This document shows, piece after piece, positions 27,728 through 41,950 of a stretch of DNA of 64,000 nucleotides (the stretch's first letter is position 1; each line of letters starts with the position of its first letter). The stretch spans positions 184,822,001 to 184,886,000 of the forward strand of contig OZ024741.1 in NCBI GenBank assembly GCA_964016885.1, given 5' to 3'. Source of the stretch: Eledone cirrhosa. Taxonomy: Eukaryota. The notes beneath the pieces were generated by a model. The model ran no database searches, was not told where the DNA came from, and saw nothing but the letters and a program-made list of their open reading frames with translations. The translations under genes were made by a program, and so were the position numbers.

Positions 27728-27770
27728 GTCACTGAAGAAGTCAGAGAACGTGCGACGAAAGGGCTTTGAC
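27728..27770 (+). ncRNA. Minimal type I HHR-like motif
   Basis: GUCA-CUGAAGA-a-GUC..GAC-GAAAG-GG-CUU^UGAC. Confidence 0.55.
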
Positions 27771-27966
27771 AATCAGCTACTAAACGACCATCCGGTTATT
27801 AAACTTACCGACGAAAATTATAATGTTAAATTGAAGTGAAGGTAAACTTGTGAGTGTGTTTTTCAGTACAGTCATGTACATGGTTTTCACCAGTCATGGC
27901 TATAAAATTGAGGCTTGTTTGCATAATTGCAAACGAATCGAATGTTATTATTAATATTCGAAAAGA

Positions 27967-28156
27967 GGCGGTGGATTGGCAGTATCGGTAGAGGGTCGGA
28001 CGCCATGCTTTGACGCAAAGAGTTACAGCACTTTCCATTCTCAGTTCAAATCCCGCCGAGGTTAACTTTGCCTTTCATCCTTACGGGGTTGATAAAAAAA
28101 AGTACCAGTAATACACTGGTAATTGCTGGTCTTGTGCCAAAAGTAGAAACAATTAT
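27967..28156 (+). mobile_element. tRNA-derived SINE
   Basis: Full length; TSD ttattaatattcgaaaa on both sides. Confidence 0.9.
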
Positions 28157-28183
28157 TAATATTCGAAAACCTCAGATTACATT

Positions 28184-28239
<56 letters not shown>

Positions 28240-28850
28240 TGACCTGTTTAGCTTGATTTGTTTTTTGGCTTAGGTGGTTAATGCCTTCTTAACCACTTTT
28301 TCAGTTTGTATGGCGTTTTAACATATTGTTTAGCTCTAGTTTTCTTAACTATTGAGCGCTTGCCAGCATTTCTACGACTTTGCGTTTCGTTTCGCTTTTT
28401 CTACCAGCCGAAATACGATTCTCGCTGAATTATATTTGTATATATATATATATATATATTACTGTATTTCATTATCTTATTATAATTTTCATCTTTTAAT
28501 ATACTATCTTTCCTTGCTTTGACCTTAATTTATATTCACCTAAAAACTCCATACAACACAACTCAACATTAAATGTTTACATTCCTTGTAAACTTCACTA
28601 TACCAGATACATTCAACTATCAATTTGACAATCCCTCTCTACCTAATAGATTTTTTATGGCAAATCTATTATTAACACCATTCAACCATTCCTTTCAAAG
28701 GGTCATCACCTGAACTAAAGTGAATTATTTTTCATCTTAACATCATATGGGAAAAAAACAATCTGATTGGTTACTTCTTCAGCTACCTCCAAATAAGGTC
28801 ATAGAACTAAACATAATACTAATTTACTATTAATTTTGAATAAAATTAGT

Positions 28851-28990
28851 ATTGCTTTTGATAACAACTGGTGATATGCATGTAAGTAAATATTCTCTGT
28901 ATCTGATATTTTGTAACTAACCTTACATAGATCGATAACGAAGTATAGTTACAATGTATTATCATCAACTAGAAACGATCGTAAAGCAGT
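28851..28990 (+). ncRNA. Type I HHR variant (U3-A8) with a ~110-nt stem II region
   Basis: AUUGCUU-UUGAUAA-..UGGUGAUA..UAUCAUCA..-GAAAC-GAUC-GUA^AAGCAGU; 7-bp stem I; base of stem II is poorly paired. Confidence 0.55.
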
Positions 28991-29243
28991 GAAGTATATT
29001 TCTAATTACTTGATTATTTTATTTCATTGTTTTAACTTATATATATATGTATATATATATTTTTTTTCGGAATGTTTTGACTTGTTATTTCATGTAAACA
29101 AACATTCGTCTCATTCTGACGTCACCAGCCCTGTCTCCACATGTGCGTTTTATTTTCATAATTACGCATGATGTCGAACTAGCCTGCTTTTAAATTCCCT
29201 TTTTGGCATATTATTATCAGTGAGATTTTGGTTATCGTGTTGA

Positions 29244-29323
29244 GCTCTGCTGATGATCGGATCCAACCGTGACCATCACCACTGAAAGTTTCGTGAAATA
29301 GTCTTTTCAAGACTATACAGAGC
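29244..29323 (+). ncRNA. Type I HHR with a stable stem III
   Basis: GCUCUG-CUGAUGA-uCGGA..UUCGu-GAAAUAGUCUU(UUC)AAGACUAUA^CAGAGC. Confidence 0.7.
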
Positions 29324-29764
29324 ATTAGTAGTTTTTCCAAATTGAAGGATGAGTATTTTAAACTTTATTTCATCATGAATTAAGGCTCTATTGATTTTTC
29401 CCTGAATTTCACTAAATTCTGTTGGATGAATCTATATCCTGATTCTTTTTGAATTGAGTTTGAATTATTTTTCCCACATCTTACGTTAACTATTTTCCCA
29501 TTTTGACGCTATAGTCACTTATATATTATGGAATACTGTTGGCTTCTTGCTCTTAATAATTTCTATACTTTTCATTTATATATATATTGGGGCTTGCGAA
29601 ATGAATTTGCGTTACTGTCGTCGATTATTTAAACGATAGTATAATAATGGATACATTAAATATTTTACGTAAAGTTTTATACTTTCTTATTTAACATTAT
29701 CGCTATTTATATGATGAATAGACAAAGAAGGTCATATATATTATAAACACACACCCACACACAT

Positions 29765-29798
<34 letters not shown>

Positions 29799-29813
29799 GC
29801 ATGTATGTAAATA

Positions 29814-29892
<79 letters not shown>

Positions 29893-30198
29893 GCTTATGT
29901 ATGTATTTATATGTATGTATCTATATGCGAGCTTGCCTGTGTGCGTAAGCATGCGCCTGTCTATATGTGAGTGAGAGAGATTTTATATCAGTAACGAAAA
30001 AAAACGAATGGTAGACGGGCGATAAGTCAGACATAAGAAGGAATACGTAATGGAAGTAATATCTTTAATTATATTTGGCATTTCATTTAGAACCTTTATA
30101 CTTAAAGTGTGTGTAACTTGACCTTTGTTGGAACAAATGTCTTGTAAAATAACATGTCTACGCATACGTGATGGCATCATTACTTAAATATTTATAGG

Positions 30199-30305
<107 letters not shown>

Positions 30306-30311
30306 ACATAC

Positions 30312-30428
<117 letters not shown>

Positions 30429-30715
30429 CAAATAACGAAACGAAATTAAATTTCGTTTCGTTTGTAACTCACTTTTGTATGACTGACGCTTAAACAATTA
30501 AGTTAAAAATGTACATCCACATATGTATACTGAAATACTAGTATGCATATGAATACACACACGTGTACATATGTAGATGTACCGAGTTTTCACTGGTCAC
30601 TTTACTGTGAGTGTCCAGCTATTCTGTATGTAAACACACATACAAACCGGTTTTTAGAGTCATACTGGTTTTTGAGGAAACACCTTTCCTCTATTCTCCA
30701 GAAAGCCAGACAAGG

Positions 30716-30760
30716 AATATTGGACTAGTTTCGATGTTGTTACATCTCATCAGCAATATT
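30716..30760 (-). ncRNA. Type I hammerhead ribozyme, unit 1
   Basis: Minus strand AAUAUUG-CUGAUGA-GAUGU(AACA)ACAUC-GAAAC-UA-GUC^CAAUAUU. Canonical core, 7-bp stem I, 5-bp stem II, palindromic ACUAGU stem III. Predicted cut 30723/30722. Confidence 0.92.
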
Positions 30761-31180
30761 TACCTATCTTCCGGCCTCTCTAGAGAATCGTGAAAGCACA
30801 TATCGCTATATGCTTTTTCTATGAAAATTAGTAGTGGGCAGACCAATTTGCATAGAGCGTGAGTACGTACCGGTTCAACGGAGACGATAAAAACAAATAA
30901 CGAAACGAAATTAAATTTCGTTTCGTTTGTAACTCACTTTTGTATGACTGACGCTTAAACAATTAAGTTAAAAATGTACATCCACATATGTATACTGAAA
31001 TACTAGTATGCATATGAATACACACACGTGTACATATGTAGATGTACCGAGTTTTCACTGGTCACTTTACTGTGAGTGTCCAGCTATTCTGTATGTAAAC
31101 ACACATACAAACCGGTTTTTAGAGTCATACTGGTTTTTGAGGAAACACCTTTCCTCTATTCTCCAGAAAGCCAGACAAGG

Positions 31181-31225
31181 AATATTGGACTAGTTTCGAT
31201 GTTGTTACATCTCATCAGCAATATT
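31181..31225 (-). ncRNA. Type I hammerhead ribozyme, unit 2
   Basis: Identical to 30716-30760, offset +465. Confidence 0.92.
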
Positions 31226-31645
31226 TACCTATCTTCCGGCCTCTCTAGAGAATCGTGAAAGCACATATCGCTATATGCTTTTTCTATGAAAATTAGTAGT
31301 GGGCAGACCAATTTGCATAGAGCGTGAGTACGTACCGGTTCAACGGAGACGATAAAAACAAATAACGAAACGAAATTAAATTTCGTTTCGTTTGTAACTC
31401 ACTTTTGTATGACTGACGCTTAAACAATTAAGTTAAAAATGTACATCCACATATGTATACTGAAATACTAGTATGCATATGAATACACACACGTGTACAT
31501 ATGTAGATGTACCGAGTTTTCACTGGTCACTTTACTGTGAGTGTCCAGCTATTCTGTATGTAAACACACATACAAACCGGTTTTTAGAGTCATACTGGTT
31601 TTTGAGGAAACACCTTTCCTCTATTCTCCAGAAAGCCAGACAAGG

Positions 31646-31690
31646 AATATTGGACTAGTTTCGATGTTGTTACATCTCATCAGCAATATT
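31646..31690 (-). ncRNA. Type I hammerhead ribozyme, unit 3
   Basis: Identical to 30716-30760, offset +930. Confidence 0.92.
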
Positions 31691-32110
31691 TACCTATCTT
31701 CCGGCCTCTCTAGAGAATCGTGAAAGCACATATCGCTATATGCTTTTTCTATGAAAATTAGTAGTGGGCAGACCAATTTGCATAGAGCGTGAGTACGTAC
31801 CGGTTCAACGGAGACGATAAAAACAAATAACGAAACGAAATTAAATTTCGTTTCGTTTGTAACTCACTTTTGTATGACTGACGCTTAAACAATTAAGTTA
31901 AAAATGTACATCCACATATGTATACTGAAATACTAGTATGCATATGAATACACACACGTGTACATATGTAGATGTACCGAGTTTTCACTGGTCACTTTAC
32001 TGTGAGTGTCCAGCTATTCTGTATGTAAACACACATACAAACCGGTTTTTAGAGTCATACTGGTTTTTGAGGAAACACCTTTCCTCTATTCTCCAGAAAG
32101 CCAGACAAGG

Positions 32111-32147
32111 AATATTGGACTAGTTTCGATGTTGTTACATCTCATCA

Positions 32148-32150
<3 letters not shown>
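32111..32150 (-). ncRNA. Type I hammerhead ribozyme, unit 4 (5' arm of stem I truncated at the array end)
   Basis: Core intact; sequence switches to (TA)n 2 nt upstream of CUGAUGA. Confidence 0.8.
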
Positions 32151-32241
<91 letters not shown>

Positions 32242-32541
32242 ATATATATATATGTGTGCGTACATACATATGTGTGTATGTTTAGATATATAGATATATA
32301 TATACATGTATCCATATATGTATGTGTGTCTATTATTTATATGCATGTGTGCATATATGTCTGCATCAATGACAATTCTTTCCCCACCGCCATCGTTGTT
32401 TTTTAGGTTCATCTCAAATTCTTGAATTTTACTGCTAGAATTCCAAACAAACACACTTTCACACAAATAACTATCAATCTATCTATCTGCCTCTCTCTCT
32501 CTATCTCTATCTCTATCTCTCTCTCTGCCCCTCTCTCTCTT

Positions 32542-32622
<81 letters not shown>

Positions 32623-33738
32623 GTTCAAAAACGGCATTCCGAAGTCTGGTTAATCCGTGTCTGTGTATTTATCCAGGTTCGAATGGCAGGCGAGCCGCAT
32701 CAGTGAGAAAAGATTATTGATAAATGAAGCGAAACCAACACACATGTATGCATATCATTTTACATATATATGTGTTTACACACACACACACACACACACG
32801 CTCACATATATATAGGAAAAGATTAGGACCCCGACGATCCGAACCGTTCGGCTCTAGCCTATCCGGGTCCTTACTCTTTTCCTATTACCCACTCTACTAC
32901 TCTAAGTATCGAGTACTCTGGTGCGTTATGGTCCACCTGGTTTCTTACCACACTTTCTTTGTTTTATATATTTATATATATATATATTTCTATAGATTCA
33001 TATATATATATGTATATGTACATATAGATTTTTTGGCGCATATTAACTAAACGTGGTCAAAAGTCTAACTCTATAAAACAACGTGGTCAAATGTCTGACT
33101 CTATAAAACAATGTAGGTTTTCATTAGAATTGTGAAGGTATAATTGGTAACAACTGAGGAGTCAAATACCAGCACAATTGACTTTTCTGTCATTGATACC
33201 TTAATTTTCTACTTTATAAGAGCCAAATGGTCCTCCTTTCACACTCTAATGTCTAACAACGATAGAGAAACGTTGGATAATGTTGTCCCTGATATACAAA
33301 AGGACGGGAAAAGAGACGAAAAAGATTCCATTAATTAACATTGGTCTACTCGATCAGCTCCGAAATGAAGCTGAATTAAAATAAATAAAAGGATAACAGC
33401 GTAATTATCACATCCACCACCACTGCCAGACTATCACCACCACCACAAACACTAACAAAATCACCATCCCTGCCATCATAATCATCATCATTATCTTCAC
33501 GATCATGTTCCACAGAGTTGGACACTCGACATGCCCGCCAACTATTGCAGTTTAAAGTAAATTGTGTTCACATGGTCGGTTCAATACTCCTCACATTTGG
33601 CAAAGTTTTGACAGCACAAGGCATTTTAATCGTCACACACATTCTCTCACCAAATCCCACTCTGCCCCTTATTTATGTTGGTTTTTGTTTGTGATGAATT
33701 AATGAATCTTCGGAAACTGACACAATATTACAAATATA

Positions 33739-34111
33739 TAATTGTTTTTACTTTTGGCACAAGGCCAGCAATTACCCAGTGCATTACTGGTACTTTATTT
33801 TATCGACTCCGTAAGGATGAAAGGCAAAGTAAACCACGGTGGGATTTGAACTCAGAATAGCAAGGACCGTAACTATATGCGTCAAAGCATGGCGTCCGAC
33901 CCTCTACTGATACACAAATATATAATAGTTTCTACTTTAGGCACAAGGCCAGCAATTACCCAGTGCATTACTGGTACTTTATTTTATCTACCCCGTAAGG
34001 ATGAAAGGCAAAGTCAACCTCGGCGGGATTTGAACTCAGATCGTAAAGGGACGTAACTATGCTGGAAAGCATGGCGTCCGACCCTCTACCGATACTGCCA
34101 ATCCACCGCCC
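33739..34111 (-). mobile_element. Two tandem SINE copies
   Basis: 33739-33912 and 33924-34111; acaaatatataat occurs three times at the junctions. Confidence 0.9.
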
Positions 34112-34599
34112 TTACACAAATATATAATATTTACTAAACAGGAATTCGAAGATCATTCTACTGCCTAGCCTAAACAGAGAAAAGCCTTCACTGTTCTCTC
34201 GTCCAGTATAGACATATATTTGTTTGTGGTTTAAGTCTTGATGTTTCGTGCGTTATCTTCTGGGAAAAGTCGTTCGTGATTGAAATTTATTTCAAAATGA
34301 TCATAACCTTCAGCTTAAAAAACAAACAAGAAGCATAACTATACCAAGAGACATACCAATACGTATAACTATACCAAGAGACATACCAATATGTATAACT
34401 ATACCTAGAGATATACCAATACGTACATGTATCACATTTAAATTAGTTTTGAATTTTCCCTTTTGCCAACTCTTGTCATATCAAAACGTACGTATAAACG
34501 TATATACATACATTAATGCATGCGTATGTATGTAAGTATGTATGCATGTGTGTATGTACGTTTCTCTTTCTCTTAATTTCGAGTACATATTTGACCGGC

Positions 34600-35925
34600 C
34601 ACCTTCCTGGGGCAAGGTTGTAAAAGAAAAGAAATTGTCATCCCTTGAATCGCAAGAATGTTTTGCCAATTTTGACGGTGCCAGCTATCGCAGCCATTTG
34701 TAGTCTATGAAATAGGGAGCTGCGCTCTTTGATCACAAATCCAAGTTCAGCTATACTTTGGTCCAAGCGGATTGGTATTTAACCTGTAGCTCCAATAATA
34801 ATGGGTATGAAGCTGAAGTGAATCTTTGATACTGGATCTGCAAACTTCTCATCAATGGTCCGTAGCTGTCCTCTTCTCTTGTTTTTTTCTTACAACTTTG
34901 ACATCAAGTGGGCAGCTGATCTCCACAACAGAGTACGTCTTCAATGTGTGGTCCCAAAGAACAATATCAGGCCCGTTGTGCTTTAATTTGGTGGCAGTTT
35001 TTATTTTCAGGTTCCACCAGTATTCCTTAGTGTCATCTATTTCAACATATTCCTCTTTATTTGTTTTTAATTTTGTTTTCCTAACTACATTCCAGATGGT
35101 TCTAGTTATCACATCGTGTCTCATAGGGAGGTAATAGCGAGACGACATTCTTTAGCAGTTAGCAACAATGTGGCCCAGCATCTTCGATCTTTGTTTCACA
35201 TAGCCTACATTTATTGTCGTCTGATGACCCTCTCTTTTGTGTAACAGATATTTGGTAGATATTTCTTGTTCCTGTATTGCATAGAGATATAAACTTATCG
35301 GAAATCTATGCTAGGCTTTTTTGAATTATTTTTCCCTCTATGGTTTGTGTTTTTCGTCTCAGGTACCAATGCACAACTTTCTCTGTAAATTGATCCATTT
35401 TTGTTATCTTGTTCAAACATTGAATAAGATCCTTCAATTTCCCTGGGAAAAAGATTTATATCATGCTTTATTCCATATTTCTCCTCCAGACCAGTGGCTA
35501 TCCTAATGATATATTTTCCTCATGCTCAAAAACCTGAGCAAGATGGTGGGCTGACCTTTTTCTTCTGCCGAAGATGTTACTTCTGTGTTACTATACGGGT
35601 CTCGTTAGTATGGATTTTAGACCCCGACCAACTTCCTTGCAATAGAAGTATAGCCTATTCACATCACCATTGTTGTTAAAGTTTCCAGTAACACCAAGAA
35701 GCTTGCGAGTTCTTACATCCATCGTACGTAGTTCTTGCAATATCCAGTTCAGCAGGCCAAGTATGTACATTTGGACTCACCAAATTTCATCCTGATGTCT
35801 GGAGAAAATTGTGTAATGAGGACTAATTAATTTTTGGTATAGGTGGTATTTGGCCCATACAAGTTTAGGGCACCAACAAAGAATAGATGTGAGAAACTTA
35901 TGGACCCACTTCTGTGACCACTATT
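34600..35925 (-). mobile_element. R4/Dong-clade non-LTR retrotransposon, 3' part (zinc knuckle plus restriction-like endonuclease), decayed
   Basis: AIQEQEISTKY..KCRLC; RHDVI..IW; YWWN..IKT..LKHNGPDIVLWD..VVEISCPLD..K. Confidence 0.85.
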
Positions 35926-36011
35926 TTTGTATGTATGTATGTATGTATGTATGTATGTATGTATGTATGTATGTATGTATGTATGTATGTATGCATGAAT
36001 ATATATATATA

Positions 36012-36208
36012 TACCTACTCATCATACTTGCCAAGCATGTGGTAGAGATGTAAATCAGCAGGAGGACTCAAACGACATGCAAAAGTGCATGAACTCCAAC
36101 CACAGTTGTATATTCCCAGTGAATGTTTTGGTTGCCAAATCTGTGCAAGACATTTTAGATCATTGGCTGGGCTGAAAAGCCGCATTCGATCGCAGCTCTC
36201 TTAGTTGA
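36012..36208 (+). mobile_element. RTE-like LINE C-terminal double C2H2 fragment
   Basis: HTCQACGR..KSAGGLKRHAKVH..CQICARHFRSLAGLKSRIRS (frameshifted), embedded in microsatellite. Confidence 0.55.
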
Positions 36209-36300
36209 TATAGTGTGTGTGTGTGGTGAGGGTGTAGATAGATACATGTATCTAAACATGTATATACAGTATATATATATATATATACACACACACACAG

Positions 36301-36445
<145 letters not shown>

Positions 36446-36812
36446 TAGACAGATAGACAGATAAATAGTTAGATATATTCATGGGTACAACCTCATGTTC
36501 TAGTCATGTATCCATCTATATATATAAGTAAATATTCATTTGTTATCAACATTCATACCAATATATAATTTATCTAAAACTGTCTATCTTATACACTCGA
36601 ACAATCAGTAAAATACTAGAAATACACATCTGGGTTCGAATTTATGAATATATTGCTTCTTTATCTTCAATTTTATTCACGCAGTTTTTCATTCTCCATA
36701 CATATACTCTCTCTCACACACGCAAACACACAAACACACACACACATACACACATTCACACGCATAGTAACTAATATGTAGAAATGTGCATAATGTTTCT
36801 CTCTCTCTCTCC

Positions 36813-36843
<31 letters not shown>

Positions 36844-36889
36844 ATATATATATAACCATATATATATATGTATATATAATATATATATA

Positions 36890-36935
<46 letters not shown>

Positions 36936-37336
36936 TTTATATATATATATTTATTAAAATAAGAGATTAATTTATTATTATTACTATATATATATATATA
37001 TATATATAAACAGACACACATGGAAACTATTGAAAACGCACCGATTTTCTACTTGATGATTTTATTAGACTTCTTTTTAATCTTTCCTTCAATTTATTTG
37101 TAAACTGTAGAGTTGCACTGAGTTCCATCAATGTTTATAGACGTTTATATATTCCGGAAATAATTTATAAATGTCGATCAACCTAGGAAATTTAGGTTTT
37201 AAACAAACAGTAAAAAATGCAAGGCCATATTAATAAAATTTTACCATAAATGTTTTCAATATATGTTCAAAAGAAATGTTTTTCGCTATATACCAAGTCA
37301 AATATTTATGCATATCCATATATATAGTTATATGCA

Positions 37337-37449
<113 letters not shown>

Positions 37450-37681
37450 GCCTGTGTATGTGTGTGCGTGTCTGTGTCTTCGTGTGTGTGTGCGTGCATG
37501 GTTTAGTGCAGAGATTCACATCGAAAATGAAATAGATAGATATAAAATAAATGTTTTTATATGCATAAAACAAAGAACATTGAGTGATAAATGAACTTAA
37601 TGCAAGTGCAAATTCTTATAATTATTATAATTACATGAATTTCATATACATATGTGTGTGTGTGTGTGTGTGTATATATAT

Positions 37682-37712
<31 letters not shown>

Positions 37713-37866
37713 CATACACATACACACACACATATAGATATGTGTGTGTGTGTGTGTGTATATATATACACACACACACATATATATATATACATACACA
37801 TACACGCACACATATAGATATGTGTGTGTGTGTTCGTGTGTGTTTGAGTGTGTGTGTATGTGTGTG

Positions 37867-37916
<50 letters not shown>

Positions 37917-38465
37917 TGTGTATTCTGATATCTTGCATTGCTTTGTATAATGTATTTTATCTTCAAACAGTCCGAGTTTTATTGTCTGAACTCCTAAATT
38001 TTATATTTTCAGCCAATGATATTACCCTGTTATTTAATTTCAACCAAACACTTTTCAGCATGTATTTAATAATATTCTATCTATTCTAGATATACGAATG
38101 TTTTATTGCTCATAACCAGATGAGGTACGGCAACGAGAACAACGCGGTAATGATTCGTGAAGGTTCAGTTTGAAGTAAACTGCATCACACTATTTCCAGT
38201 TCACTCACGAATCTTTCTTTCAATTAACCCTCTCTCTCACATACACACACACACGGACACACACACATATTCATATATGTATAGTTAAAAAGTAAAAGGG
38301 AAAATGTACAGAAGTATGTTTAAAGTTTATTCTATCTTTAATCCGACAGAATGAATAATGCAACAACTATAAAATTATTCATTCTGTCGGACCAAAGAAA
38401 AGATAATTCTTTATATTTTGACCTTTACTTTTAAACACACACACACACACACACAAACACGCACG

Positions 38466-38524
<59 letters not shown>

Positions 38525-38540
38525 TTTATTACGCGCGCAG

Positions 38541-38571
<31 letters not shown>

Positions 38572-38653
38572 CATATATACATATATATACATATATATAC
38601 ATATATATTCATATATATTTATACATATATATATACATATATATATACATATA

Positions 38654-38694
<41 letters not shown>

Positions 38695-38715
38695 CATATA
38701 TATACATATATATTC

Positions 38716-38746
<31 letters not shown>

Positions 38747-38758
38747 TATATACATATA

Positions 38759-38847
<89 letters not shown>

Positions 38848-39089
38848 CTGTGTGTGTGTGTGTGCATGTGTGCATGTGTGTGTGCGCGTATTAAAATGAT
38901 ATATATATATATATGTTTTAAGGATTTCCGTAGAAAAGGTAAAGGAAAGAAGAGTGCTCTATGTATAGTACAGACCTATTTAGAGCATACATATTTCATC
39001 TGATGAACGAACTGGACGTTTCTGTTACGATCATCTAGTTTTTTGAAAACTTTGGTAATGTAATAATCATATTGTGTTGAAAAACTCAG

Positions 39090-39511
<422 letters not shown>

Positions 39512-39516
39512 GCGTA

Positions 39517-39581
<65 letters not shown>

Positions 39582-39789
39582 AAATATACACCGGTGTGTA
39601 TGATTGTGTATAGAAGATTATATTAATAAAAGGAATTCCATCTTTGTCTGATTTACTCGTTTTGTTTACAATCCTTTAACATTATAATAGTATTAGAATG
39701 AAATAGTATGGTAGAATATTAAATGTTAAGTGTTAATTGAACAAGTACTTTCATGATTTCGTAATCTTCACGTCCATATTCTGTAGTGA

Positions 39790-40340
39790 CAGTCAAGTTT
39801 GCAATTTTCAACAGTTTTCTATTTATCATATTTAAGATGAAAATCCCCAGAAGATCCGTGACTTGTGTTGAGTCCGATGATCCCATGGTAATGTCAAAGT
39901 TTCTATTTCTTTCCGAGCACGTCCAATACTCATTGTTGAAATTAATTAGAGTTCTTCTAGCAGTTAATATGATATCGATTTCATCCGTAGTTAGATCTTT
40001 ATGCTTGTAAGCGTAGGATAAAGCCTTGTTTAATAGGTTAGGTGTAATGGAAGAGTAATAGCTTGCTATGTCCATTTGGATGAATTTGTGCTTTTTCTTA
40101 TCATCTATATTTTTAAACCAATCAATCACTTCATTGGTGTACTTCCACAAGCTCAATTTAGACCTCAATTTCAGAATAGGTAGATTTCTATCAATAATAT
40201 ACTTACTGATTACTCCAATATCTGATTTAGATGGAGCAATCAGTCTAACTGGCAGGTCTTCCTCAAAGTTTCTTTTGTGATACTTAAAATTTATCCTCGG
40301 CTGCCTAGGTATAAAAGGCTCGGTTCTTCCTTCAATTTCA
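39790..40340 (-). pseudogene. Inverted PLE RT segment
   Basis: ORF 39719..40351(-) carries VRLIAPSKSDIGVISKYI..LWKYTNEVIDWF..FIQMDI; overlaps in content with plus-strand 40335-40615. Confidence 0.88.
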
Positions 40341-41950
40341 AATTCATCCAAATGGACATAGCAAGCAATTACTCTTCTATTACACCTATCCTATTAAATA
40401 AGGCTTTATCCTACGCTTACAAGCATACAGATCTAACTACGGATGAAATCGATATCATATTAACTGCTAGAAGAACTCTAATTAATTTCAACAATGAGTA
40501 TTGGACCCGCTCGGATAGAAATAGAAACTTTGACATTACCATGGGATCATCGGACTCAGCGCAAGTCACGGAACTTCTGCGGATTTTCATCTTAAATATG
40601 GTAAATAGAAAACTGCCGGAGATTACCGGTGGTTTATATAGGGACGATATTTTATTTACGGTTGTCAAACACAGCAATACAGAACTAAATAGGGTTGAGA
40701 ACAATATAATTGAATTCTTTAAAAATTACAACCTTAAATTAGAGGTTGAAAGTGGTACCAAAATAGTTAATTTGCTTGATGTTAGTTACCCTTAACTTAA
40801 ACTCTGGTTTTTATTACCCTTTCCATAAGCCCAATGGAAACTTAAATTACGTTAGTTATTACTCTAATCACCCTAAATCTGTGAAAAATGCAATTGTCAA
40901 TAGTGTAAAGAAACGCATAACTAGAATATCTGCTAATAAATCCATATTTGATGAAAAAGCAGGATATTACAATGATGTGCTAAGAAAGGCAGGTTATAAA
41001 AATAATATAGAATATATAGACAATAATAATTTGAATCTTAATCCTGGTAAAAATAATAATATGACCGACATGTATCAACGAAATTCTAAAAATTATAATT
41101 CAAACACCTATATTGTGAATAAATCGGGGGAAAAAAAACAGAACTGAATCAGTTATATGGTTTGTCCCCCCCCCCCCCTGCTTCTGTAGCAATAAAAACA
41201 CCACTCGCTAATCTATTCTTTAAAGCTTTAGATAATTCCTTCCCTATTCAACATAAATACCGTTCCATATTTAATAGACACACAATTAAGCTTTCTTATT
41301 CTACAACTATGAATATGGCCCAAAACATCGCTAAATTAAATAGTAGAATTCTAAACCAGAAACCGCATACTTATAACAATAATGAATATAATAACACTAA
41401 CAATATTGATACTATGAATAACATTAACAGCAATATAAGCACTATCAATAGAACATTTTGAAGTAATAATAGTGTTAATATAAATTATAATAATAATAAA
41501 TCGAAATGTAATTGTAGAAATAAACCAGATTGCCCTCTGCAAAATAATTGTCTAGATAGAAATTTGGTGTATAAATGCACCGTAAAAGCAAATAACATCA
41601 CATACAAATACATAGGGGCAACTTCTTCGACATTTAAATCGAGATTTGGGAATCACAAATGCTCTTTTTCGAATCCTAATAAGAAGTCTTCGACTTCTTT
41701 ATCACAACTTATATGGTCATTAAAAGACAAAAATTTAAAATACTCGATTTTTTGGACGAAGCTATGTAATAGTAAAATCTACTCGAATTCGTCAATATCA
41801 CCTAACTGCAACCTCTGTACTATGGAGACCCTATTAATCATTACTAATTATGAAAACTTAATTAACAAAAAAAGTGAATTATCCTCAAACTGCCTTCATA
41901 AAGCTTTTTCTACATTCAAAGCCTCGCAAAAAGTCAGGAAAAAACACTAA
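40335..41950 (+). pseudogene. PLE RT core, thumb and GIY-YIG, split by frameshifts/stops
   Basis: ORFs 40277..40795, 40776..41147, 41162..41461 and 41564..41950 are colinear pieces of one PLE ORF. Confidence 0.9.

Noticed and set aside
30543-30793. 60-61 aa ORFs repeated in each 465-bp unit
   Set aside because: Antisense to the ribozyme strand, no recognisable motif, and not evidently conserved in the diverged copy
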